A DNA stretch of 8,176 nt, taken from positions 1 to 8,176 of the forward strand of contig JADGIF010000458.1 of assembly GCA_018985225.1 (NCBI GenBank), given 5' to 3'. The translations under genes and the position numbers were made by a program. The stretch comes from Amoeboradix gromovi X-113 (taxonomy: Eukaryota > Fungi > Sanchytriomycota). The number at the start of each line of letters is the position of its first letter. The stretch's first letter is position 1. Below the pieces are notes generated by a model. That model saw only the letters and a list, made by a program, of their open reading frames with translations. It made no database searches and was not told where the DNA came from. Shown piece by piece: positions 1 through 7,876 of this stretch.

Positions 1-102
1 AGGGTAGTGAAAGCGTGAGCGATCACTGTAACGGAGCATCTAGCATTAGTTTCTCTGTGGAAATTCTCGATTTTCTCTGAAATCAGGAATTTTAACGAGG
101 AG
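1..102 (+). mobile_element. IS607-like/Fanzor2 element right end with putative omegaRNA scaffold (copy A, cut by the window edge)
   Basis: Closely matches the reverse complements of 4400-4502 and 7877-7981 (GGTAGTGAAAGCGTGAGCGATCACTGTAACGGAGCATCTAGC...TTCTCGATTTTCTCTGAAATCAGGAATTTTAACGAGGAG). Similarity stops at about 102. Confidence 0.85.
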
Positions 103-126
103 AAGCTGGCATAAAGATGACATCAT

Positions 127-401
127 TGTCCAATGAAAAGACAAGAGGCATTGTTGGAACACAATGAAGAATTTATTGGTGAACCAGTTGCTGTGTGGAG
201 CTCTTGGGAAACTTCTCTTTAGTCTTAAACAAATAATTTGCAATTCGGAAAGTATGTAGACCTGTGTTTGATATATGATTTCAATACTTAACCTCTCCTG
301 AGTTATTGGAAGCGTGAGCAATTATTTTAGCGGGTCGAATGGATTGTCAGTTTCCCTATAAAATTTCAAGTTTACAGGAAACCCAGACTTTTGATGAGGA
401 C
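127..401 (+). mobile_element. Degenerate Fanzor2 element copy E: decayed Zn-finger coding region plus right end/omegaRNA
   Basis: From 127 it reads CPMKRQEALLEHNEEFIGEP, then after a frameshift CGALGK; copy C reads CKQRGKTTIECYESFTSQTCTRCGTLKK. 303-334 TTATTGGAAGCGTGAGCAATTATTTTAGCGGG matches the scaffold hairpin region. 377-401 GGAAACCCAGACTTTTGATGAGGAC matches the element terminus. Confidence 0.65.
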
Positions 402-538
402 ATGATCGAAAATTGATTACACACATGCATAACGTGTGGCAGTCAGGATAGGTTCAGGCAAAACACATGACTTACGTTCATTGGTTTCATATATTTTCAA
501 AAAATGGTTAAAAGCATTACTTTCGTACTTTATTGCTA

Positions 539-1387
539 ATGACTTTTTCCACTATTGCTGTTTTAGGAGCTACCGGAACTCTAGGGAAACCCGTTACCAC
601 AGCACTGATCAACAAGGGATTTAAGGTTAAGATCTTTACAAGAGATGCTGAGAAGTCAAAAAAAGAGTTTTCCGTTAAGGCAGAGTATGTTACTGTAGAC
701 TATAAGAGCAAAGACGGTCTTATACGTGAGTTGAAAGGAATCGATGTAGTGGTAAGTACATTGGGTGGACCCGCATTCAATGACCAATTCTTGGTACTAG
801 AAGCAGCTAAGGAGGCTGGAGTAAAGAGATTCTACCCGAGCGAGTTCGGTGCAGAAATCAATGACAGCGTGAAGAGTGTTCTATTCGAACCTAAGTTGAA
901 ATTGAGAGAAGCTTTGAAGGCCAGTGGAATTGAATGGACCATCATTGAAAATGGATTGTTCCTGGAGTATTTATACTCCCCATTCATTGGCTTTGATCAT
1001 GCAAAACATACAGCTACACTTGTTGGAACTAAAGACACTACAATCTCTTTCACTGATCTGCGATCTATCGGCGAGTTTGTGGCTGAGAGTATTAACAACC
1101 CAAAGAGTAAAAATGCCAAGGTACAGGTTGCTGGTGACACCAAAACATTTAGTGATATGGTTCACATAATTGAAAAAGCAACCAAAGCAACTTGGACTGT
1201 CACATACATTCCAGTTTCCGAAATTCAAAAGAAGGTCGATGGAAATAGCAATCCATGGGAAACTATTCCTGAACAATTGAAAATATTGTTTGCCAAATCC
1301 TTGGGTGTGATTAAACATCCACAGAACAAAGACTACCCAGCTGTGATCCCCACAAAGCTTGCTGATTATGTCAAAGCACAAAAATAA
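539..1387 (+). CDS. NmrA-like / isoflavone reductase-like atypical SDR NAD(P)-binding oxidoreductase (282 aa)
   Basis: N-terminal Rossmann motif IAVLGATGTLG, then GIDVVVSTLG, AAKEAGVKRFYPSEFG and SGIEWTIIENGLF, all typical of this family. First ATG is at 539 (the ORF track starts at TTG 533). No intron is needed. Confidence 0.9.
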   Translation: MTFSTIAVLGATGTLGKPVTTALINKGFKVKIFTRDAEKSKKEFSVKAEYVTVDYKSKDGLIRELKGIDVVVSTLGGPAFNDQFLVLEAAKEAGVKRFYPSEFGAEINDSVKSVLFEPKLKLREALKASGIEWTIIENGLFLEYLYSPFIGFDHAKHTATLVGTKDTTISFTDLRSIGEFVAESINNPKSKNAKVQVAGDTKTFSDMVHIIEKATKATWTVTYIPVSEIQKKVDGNSNPWETIPEQLKILFAKSLGVIKHPQNKDYPAVIPTKLADYVKAQK

Positions 1388-1556
1388 ACCAACTACTCAT
1401 ATCTGGTCACTTTTTCTTCAATTTAGGTGGTTTTTTTGACCGTAACACTTTTTTCCTAACTAATCAACTATAGGCTGTTTTAGAGTTTACTTAGCGCTAT
1501 TAGTTCACATTGCATAACTTTTGTCGAGTTTTTAATTTAACATCACGTTTGGCAAA

Positions 1557-1654
1557 CTCCTCATTAAAAGTCTTGGTTTGTTAGATTCTGTACATTTTCA
1601 TGCCTCCGAACTGGGTTTCCCTAAGCCCCACACCTTGTACATGTTTGACCAGTA
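1557..1654 (-). mobile_element. Internally deleted Fanzor2 remnant (copy B): Zn-finger fragment joined directly to the element terminus
   Basis: 1628-1654 CCACACCTTGTACATGTTTGACCAGTA is nearly identical to 4630-4656 and encodes TGQTCTRCG on the minus strand. 1557-1580 reads CAAACCAAGACTTTTAATGAGGAG on the minus strand, the conserved terminus. Confidence 0.75.
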
Positions 1655-2095
1655 GTTATCCATCACATACCATCAATGCCTTTCATTTTTAGACCATTTC
1701 TGAGCATAGAATACTGTATTTTGCATCGCATGGAAAATTTTGGCTCTCTCATTAAAGTTACTTAGATTCCCTGATTTTGTATTTGATACGTTTAGACTAC
1801 GCAAGGCATCTCATCCATTTCTTTCTTTGAAAGAGAGGGTTAAATTAGCCAATAAAAAGATTGTGTAACTCTCACCTATGCCTTTTAAAGGATAAATTAT
1901 GCAAAACCAGAACATTATCTTTACACTAATGGTGATTCAGTCTCAAGTCCGCTGAATTTTAAGAAGAACCGCTACGCTATTCTAGCAATAATTTAAGTAA
2001 TAATGCTGATAAACAGATCAGGCAGTAGCCTATTATTCTGTGCGATCAACTGCATACCACTCCCCGCTTATTTCATTTTCCAAACTACTCCTGAT

Positions 2096-3674
2096 ATGCA
2101 TCCTTCACATAGACGGGTATTCGATTTATTAGACGCAATGAGACAAGAATGTGATGTTTTAATCCGTAATAGTGGGGATGCAGATATTAACACTAAATTG
2201 CAAATGCATCTTCAGGATCTTCAACATTATCATTCCACAATCATAGAATTAGAAAAGCAACACTTGAGAATGAAGCAATATTACGAAGACGAACTTAAAA
2301 AGAAGGGTGCATCTAGTTCTGCATTTCCGATTCAGCAGCAACCCTCAACTCCTCAGCATCAGCAGCAAACACAGCAATTGCCTCAAATTGCTACGCAACT
2401 CCCACTTCATGCTACTGCTGGTCTTCAACAATTAACAAGTAATAGCGTACTTAATACCAGCAGTCTCACTCCTTCTAGTGCCTATAAACAGCCAAAGATG
2501 AATCAATTATCTCAGATGCCCATCCCCCTTCAGCAACAACAACAACAGCAGGTACAACAACAACCCCAGCAACCAACCGGTGCATCGGATACCATTAGTC
2601 CTGCTGTATGTCTCCATTTTTATAATGCGAGTGATATCAACTCAATTCCACCAAAATTTAAAATCACAGGCGAGGACTGGGAGGCCGCTCAACATCCGAA
2701 ATTAAATAGAAAATTAAATCTTGCTCACATAAATTCGTTTGGACATTCAACTGTCGTCTGCTGTGTTAGATTTAGTAAAGATGGAAAATTATTTGCAACT
2801 GGCTGTAATCCTACCGCACAGGTCTTCAACACCTCTACAGGTCGTGAATTAACACAACTGAGCGACAATCTATCGCAGACTGCTCTCTATGTCCGAGCTT
2901 TGTCTTTTAGTCCAGACTCCGTCTATTTAGCTACCGGTGCAGAGGATCGAATCGTTCGTATTTGGAACATTCAAACAAGTGAAGTCTCAATGAGGCTTCA
3001 AGGGCACAAGTCGGATATATATTCGTTAGAATTTAGCCCTGATGGTTTGTACGTTTTGAGTGGATCTGGTGACAAAACCTGTAAAATATGGTTGTTGAGC
3101 ACAGGCGAGTGCCTACATACGTTTGAAAATCCAGATATGAATGCTAAAGATAGTGGTGTAACTGGAGTTTGCTGGCATCCAAATCAAACGATCGTAGCTT
3201 GTGGCTCATTGGATCGCACTATACGTATTTGGGAAGTAGAGACTGGTGTATTGTTAGATACATTGGTAGGACACACTGATAGTGTATACAGCATCGCAAT
3301 TAGTCCAGACGGGCAGTATCTTGCAAGTGGGTCACTGGACAAGACACTGAAATATTGGAAATTAGGGCAGTATGCTGGAGAAACTAAGGAATTGGGACAA
3401 TGTCTAAAGACGCTATCGGGACATAAAGACTTTGTCCTTAGTGTATCGTTCACAAATGATGGCAATCATATTCTGAGCGCCAGCAAAGACAGAACAGTTC
3501 AATATTGGAATCCAGTCACTGGGGAATCAGAGTTTATTTTGCAAGGTATCTAATTATAATTTAGGACACAAGAATAGTGTTATCTGCGTAGCAGTGAGTC
3601 CCACTGAAAAAATATTTGCAACTGCGAGTGGAGATTGTAGGGCAAGATTATGGAGATATGGATTTACAGAATGA
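2096..3674 (+). CDS. TUP1: Tup1-like general transcriptional corepressor (Tup_N coiled coil, Q-rich linker, WD40 propeller); exons 2096-3545 and 3565-3674
   Basis: Tup_N-like [12 protein letters not shown]; Tup1-type WD motifs [55 protein letters not shown]. Removing intron 3546-3564 restores [15 protein letters not shown]...[15 protein letters not shown], the typical Tup1 C-terminal repeat. ATG 2096 is preferred to 2003 because the upstream 31 codons are unlike Tup1. Confidence 0.92.
2531..2575 (+). repeat. CAA/CAG poly-glutamine tract within TUP1
   Basis: CAGCAACAACAACAACAGCAGGTACAACAACAACCCCAGCAACCA encodes [15 protein letters not shown]. Confidence 0.9.
3546..3564 (+). other. 19-nt spliceosomal (GT-AG) intron in TUP1
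   Basis: GTATCTAATTATAATTTAG contains in-frame stops and a CTAAT branch-like motif. Its excision gives G|GA CAC AAG (GHK) and completes the last WD40 repeat. Confidence 0.88.
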
Positions 3675-4013
3675 ATAAAAATAATAAATGTTTAAATAGA
3701 TTGTTTATTCTGACTGGAATAGTCGATCCTTTTTTCTGTTCTTTCTCTCACTATACATCTCTTGCTATTTAAAGGGTCCAATTGCCAATTCGGTGTTTTT
3801 CATTTCATTTTGTATATAATGCACCTTTGAGGATCAGATGGCACTTTTATTACTGTTTATTACCACAAATCATGACTAATAATGTAGTCTTATGACTCAT
3901 GTATGATTAAGTGTTTCTGTAGTTTTAGCAAACCTATGAAGAACCACCTGATATTCAGTCAGACCATCTAAAGCTTTTTACTTCTATACCATCAATGGCT
4001 GTCTTTCATACAA

Positions 4014-4230
4014 GAAACAAGCTCTGCAAAGGTAGACAGCATTGCCAGTAAACACGCTAATAGTCATTTATTAAGTATTGCATAAAAAGACAACAAAGAT
4101 TTCAACAAAAAAATGCTACCAGGCTATTTGAATAACGCATAAGTAGTCAGTATCCCCAAACCGAAAAAATTGGTCAAGACCAACATGCTAGATGTTCAGG
4201 CCATTGAGTGTCTGCTAAAATGCAGCAAAA
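4014..4230 (+). pseudogene. Possible decayed non-LTR (LINE-like) reverse transcriptase fragment
   Basis: One frame reads ETSSAKVDSIASKHA...FNKKMLPGYLNNA*VVSIPKPKK, and after a frameshift FRPLSVC (4195-4215). This follows the order of LINE RT motifs (S/A)PGxDG...P..W..A.V..IPK...YRPISL. Two in-frame stops and a frameshift. Confidence 0.4.
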
Positions 4231-4399
4231 GGTCAGGTTGGCAGAAAATAATAATCGTAAAATTGCTTAGCATAATCTTTTGGTTATGAGTGTGGGGTAC
4301 TTGTGCAAAAAATAACAAGTAGAGTTTTTATATTCCCTTTCTACTTGTAAGCTCTCAACTCTTCAAATAGACTTAATGTTTCACAATGTTTGTATTGTT

Positions 4400-4532
4400 C
4401 TCCTGGTTAAAAGTCCTAATTTCCGAGAAATCGAGAATTGCTAGAGAGAAACTAGCAATGCTAGATGCTCCGTTACTGTGATTGCTCACGCCTTCACTAC
4501 CTCTGAGGCTGGATTGAATAGGGATGCAGATA
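4400..4532 (-). ncRNA. Putative Fanzor omegaRNA scaffold, overlapping the 3' end of the Fanzor ORF; predicted guide 4399 to ~4380
   Basis: Conserved in copies A, C and D, and more weakly in E. Hairpins GTGA-GCAA-TCAC (GNRA loop) and CTAGC-ATT-GCTAG, plus a terminal stem next to the element end. The position matches the known TnpB/Fanzor omegaRNA architecture. Expression is not shown. Confidence 0.7.
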
Positions 4533-4724
4533 CTTGATGTATATGTTCCTTGCTGCCATATGGTCTCTATCTATCTTCAAATGACAATTGTTACAGGTAC
4601 AAGTTTCTAAGTTGGTTTTCTTTAGAGTACCACACCTTGTACATGTCTGACTAGTAAATGATTCATAACATTCGATTGTCGTCTTTCCTCTTTGTTTACA
4701 TTTGAACTTCAAGCGTTCCTTGAA
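4497..4724 (-). pseudogene. Fanzor2/TnpB C-terminal fragment (RuvC-II region, C4 zinc finger, RuvC-III)
   Basis: FKERLKFKC...YESFTSQTCTRCG...CTCNNCHLKIDRDHMAARNI fits the TnpB/Fanzor pattern E.yTS..C..CG...C..C....DRD.naA.NI. RuvC-I and the N-terminal lobes are missing. Confidence 0.9.
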
Positions 4725-4851
4725 CAAATTGTACAGATATCTCCTTTCTGGCGTCGAATGACATCTAATTCTTCCATGTTTGAACCAGTTCCTCAACGTT
4801 GATCAATTTATGCTTTACTTATTACTTATTTCTTTAGATTTGATTTACCAT
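4725..4851 (-). pseudogene. IS607-family serine recombinase (TnpA) N-terminal MerR-like HTH remnant
   Basis: Extending the 4497-4796 frame upstream gives IKSKEISNK*SIN*STLRNWFKHGRIRCHSTPERRYLY, resembling the IS607 TnpA HTH pattern (..ea....gv...TLR.W...G.I...rT.gg.R.Y). An out-of-frame ATG lies at 4851-4849. Confidence 0.7.
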
Positions 4852-4948
4852 TTGTGAAAAGGAAGAATATCGAGTATTTAAGCTATTGGAAATTTTTGGA
4901 AAAGTCATGAAATTATATAAAAATGCATATAAATCGAGCTGTTTCCCC

Positions 4949-5200
4949 ATGATACGAAGGTTTCAATCCAGTGCATTGTTGAAGTTGAAGAGCGCATATG
5001 TTAAGAATCCAGAATTGAAGAGATTAGTAGATGAACTAAAAAGCGTCGTAAAGACTAGACCAACAACTATGAAAGAAACGATGGCATGGATGAAAAATGA
5101 ACAAGTGCAAATACTTAGCGCAAAATTGGAAAAGGAATTAGTGAAGGAAGAGTTATCAATAATGGATATTGCGTCGGAACTGAGAAATAGAGTAAACTAA
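4949..5200 (+). CDS. Small hypothetical helical protein (83 aa), possibly mitochondrially targeted
   Basis: Open frame. The ATG 4949 start gives MIRRFQSSALLKLKSAY, which is Arg/Ser-rich and lacks acidic residues like a presequence. No family recognised; start uncertain (ATG ~4908 is an alternative). Confidence 0.5.
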   Translation: MIRRFQSSALLKLKSAYVKNPELKRLVDELKSVVKTRPTTMKETMAWMKNEQVQILSAKLEKELVKEELSIMDIASELRNRVN

Positions 5201-5204
5201 TTTA

Positions 5205-5729
5205 TTATAATAAATCTAGTTTGCGTAAGATTTTATCCATTTTATTATCAATTGCATCCTGGCGGTTCAGTACATGCTGCATGGACTGATTAAGATGATT
5301 AAAGTGTCGAGATAACGTGTCTACTCGATTAGAGACACGTTGTAATAAATAGCCATCTACAGATTCGTTATTTGAGCTAGTTTCATTAAGTGGTGGTTTT
5401 TCTTGACTCTCGCTGATTGCAGTGTAGATTTTCTCAATTTTGTCACTGACATTTAGTTCATTATTCATATCTACATGCAATTGCTCTACATTTTTCTCCA
5501 ATTTCACCAAGTGTACATAATTTTCTTGTAACTGTTCTTCTACTTTTTTAAGTACATGACCAAGATTATTATCCTGTAGTTGCTGTAAATACTGCGTATT
5601 ATCCTGGAGTGTGTTCTGTAATGAAAGTAGTGAATCATGTTTGGTTACACTGGGTTTATTTCCTTGAGACATTGAATGGCCTATATCTGAATTCAAAAAA
5701 TATCTATAGTCATGTGATAATGTATCCAA
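5205..5729 (-). CDS. Hypothetical coiled-coil protein (174 aa)
   Basis: Long ATG-initiated ORF in AT-rich DNA with heptad-like Leu/Val spacing (LQNTLQDNTQYLQQLQ; VDTLSRHFNHLNQSMQHVLNRQDAIDNKMDKIL). No family recognised. Confidence 0.6.
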   Translation of the reverse strand: MDTLSHDYRYFLNSDIGHSMSQGNKPSVTKHDSLLSLQNTLQDNTQYLQQLQDNNLGHVLKKVEEQLQENYVHLVKLEKNVEQLHVDMNNELNVSDKIEKIYTAISESQEKPPLNETSSNNESVDGYLLQRVSNRVDTLSRHFNHLNQSMQHVLNRQDAIDNKMDKILRKLDLL

Positions 5730-5782
5730 ATTCTTTCATTGAAGTATTATCCAAAGGCCATCTCCTAAACGAAAACAATCAC

Positions 5783-5856
5783 TGCTCTCAGCAGGATTCG
5801 AACCTGCGACCTTATCCTTACTAGGGATACGCGATAACCAACTACGCTATAAGAGC
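5783..5856 (-). tRNA. tRNA-Thr (anticodon AGT), intronless
   Basis: Minus strand GCTCTTA-TA-GCGTAGTTGGTTATCGC-G-TATCC-CTAGTAA-GGATA-AGGTC-GCAGG-TTCGAAT-CCTGC-TGAGAGC-A folds into a full cloverleaf. No encoded CCA; a T4 run follows 7 nt downstream (Pol III terminator-like). Confidence 0.96.
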
Positions 5857-5961
5857 TTAAGTAAACGTTAAATAATAATCATTAAATTTTTGAAATTACA
5901 TAAAAGCTTAGGAGAATATAGCGTAAAAACAAAATAAAAAAACTGATTTAAAAGACTAACT

Positions 5962-6810
5962 TTATTTAATTTCTTCCGTATTGATAATTTTTTTAAATCC
6001 TAATGATAGTTTCATAAAACAAGAGGCTGAATGTTTGCAACTGACTTCTCGGTAGTAAGTCTTTCGCTTAGCCTCGAAATAGCTAGGTTTAATAAAAAAC
6101 TGCTTAAATATATACCCTTTGTCATTCTTTTCAACTAGAATGTAAAGAATTGTACTTGATAGAAATGTTGGCACATACTTCATAACTAACACTTTCGCAG
6201 AACTGATTTCAACTGTGAAGCCTTGAGAACACATTGAGAAGAGGTCCCCATTGTAACAGACCAAGTGCTCACCAGTTAATGCCACCAGTGAGCCGTCGGA
6301 GTCTTCCAGTTCAAAAGCTTTTTCGAACTTGAATCGAGTAAAGTAAGTATTTAATCTCATTACTGCACCTAAGTGTTTCTTAATGGCATCCTTTTCATTA
6401 TTTCTACTAACGCTTCGAACACTATCTAATATTTGAGTGGCATTTTTCATCGTGGCATTGAAGTACTCAATCTTCATTGGAAATGTATTCTCGTTGACCA
6501 AGACACAATCAGAGAACGTGTCTCCTTGAGAATACTCACCTTTAACAAGAGCAAATTGGAAGAAAGCTTTGCAATGCTGTCTTTTAGTTACATCTAGCTG
6601 GGTTGTAATTGTCAATGTGCAGCCTTTTTCGCATTTGCTTGCATTTGATTCCCAAATGGATCCCTTTTCATTGCCTTTCACTTTGTAGTCCGTTACTTTT
6701 GATCCTTTAATTGTTCTTGAAATAACTTGATCCACATTTACACTGCGGTCGAATGTTTTTAATAACTTCGCGTTCAATGCTGCACAAACTATTGTCGTCA
6801 AGTAAAACAT
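5962..6810 (-). CDS. Hypothetical, possibly secreted protein (282 aa)
   Basis: Long open frame. The internal ATG at 6810 gives a short hydrophobic N-terminus (MFYLTTIVCAALNA), and there are several Cys residues. No family recognised; the start may be further upstream. Confidence 0.6.
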   Translation of the reverse strand: MFYLTTIVCAALNAKLLKTFDRSVNVDQVISRTIKGSKVTDYKVKGNEKGSIWESNASKCEKGCTLTITTQLDVTKRQHCKAFFQFALVKGEYSQGDTFSDCVLVNENTFPMKIEYFNATMKNATQILDSVRSVSRNNEKDAIKKHLGAVMRLNTYFTRFKFEKAFELEDSDGSLVALTGEHLVCYNGDLFSMCSQGFTVEISSAKVLVMKYVPTFLSSTILYILVEKNDKGYIFKQFFIKPSYFEAKRKTYYREVSCKHSASCFMKLSLGFKKIINTEEIK

Positions 6811-7876
6811 AGGAGTATTGGAACGACTCCTTCTTATTTTAATTACTCCAATTACGCCATTACGATACGCTCCACTACTCATACACAAGTACAAAACTTG
6901 TAATACCTTGTCACTAGGTTACACCCTGCGGTTCTTGAAGTTTCTTTCATATTGGTGTTTCACCACCTGTCAAGTGCGATTCCTGAAATTTTGACAATCG
7001 CACAAAGTGTCTAACGGAATAGAATGGACACAATTCTGTTGTCATTATAGTGAAAAGTCAATAAAATTATCTTCCTAAAGAAACAAGTTACTATTATCGA
7101 GTGACTGATACATTTATTTCCTCCCCATCAATATAGTGCATCAAACCAGTAAATAAATGAGTTGTCTGTACCAATGGTTCAATCATCTTCGATAACGAAC
7201 CTAGTCTTGCAGATTTTTGTTTGTAGCAGCTGCATTTCCTCATCTACAGAAATGATATCAAGCACTTCAGAATGAAATGACAAGCCATTTGTTTTTTCTT
7301 TTACGGGAGCAGTCTTGGAATTGATTAAGAATTTATTGATAATCTCAAAGACTGCAGAGCATCTGTTGTTCCAATTAATGAATGACAATCCCATGAGTCT
7401 CATGGTGGTATTTAAATCGTCTTGGCACAAAATATAGTATTATGTTACCGGTTATGAGAAGCTGAACTAGCGTCTATGAGTACATGTACAAATGTCATCC
7501 CAGAATGCTGCTGCTTGGGATTCTTTATTTAACCGCTGAATTTAAATTAGCGAGAATCCTCCAATTGGGTTTTATGAAACTGTAAGTAGAATAAAAGACA
7601 AGGGTGGATTAACACTTACATTATTAGCCATTTGCAACAGCCGACTCAAATTATTTTGACAAGTGTTCAAATTAATCCGTAATGAAAATTATCAGACTTT
7701 CAAAAGATCAATAATATTTATACGAATACATTGGTTTCTTCTAATTTAGATGTACCTATCATGTCATGATCATTTCAATATCGATGTTATAATGGTCACA
7801 TAGTTCAATATCATCTAACAAATACAAGAAATAGTATCAAATTCATCCAATCAGTTCGCACATGTGTAATTTAAAA

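Larger units (their letters stand above)
4400..4851 (-). mobile_element. Non-autonomous IS607-like/Fanzor2 element (copy C); left end not defined
   Basis: Contains a TnpA-like HTH fragment, a TnpB/Fanzor C-terminus and the conserved 3' region ending ...GGACTTTTAACCAGGAG at 4400. Confidence 0.85.

Noticed and set aside
46-321. 91-aa minus-strand ORF
   Set aside because: It is antisense to element copies A and E and has no recognisable motifs.
436-1381. ORFs 436-624, 924-1169 and 971-1381
   Set aside because: These are alternate-frame or antisense shadows of the NmrA-like gene.
1710-1868. Plus-strand frame containing SHPFLSLKERVKL, vaguely like Fanzor FKERLKF
   Set aside because: No flanking Fanzor motifs, and the orientation is opposite to copy B; likely chance.
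2003-2095. N-terminal extension of the Tup1 ORF
   Set aside because: It is not Tup1-like. The Tup_N domain starts right after ATG 2096, so this is probably 5' UTR or promoter.
3184-3465. 93-aa minus-strand ORF
   Set aside because: Antisense shadow of the TUP1 WD40 region.
5609-5824. 71-aa plus-strand ORF
   Set aside because: It overlaps the tRNA and the 5205-5729 gene in antisense.
7179-7430. 83-aa minus-strand ORF, and a nearby KDKGGL peptide (~7594-7611, +) reminiscent of the LINE GGLG motif
   Set aside because: The ORF track start is not ATG and there is no recognisable domain. A single short motif is insufficient; this may be decayed coding sequence but I cannot support a call.
7684-7706. 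GAAAATTATCAGACTTTCAAAAG, weakly like the element terminus
   Set aside because: It lacks the GAGGAG end and the upstream scaffold; chance similarity in AT-rich DNA.
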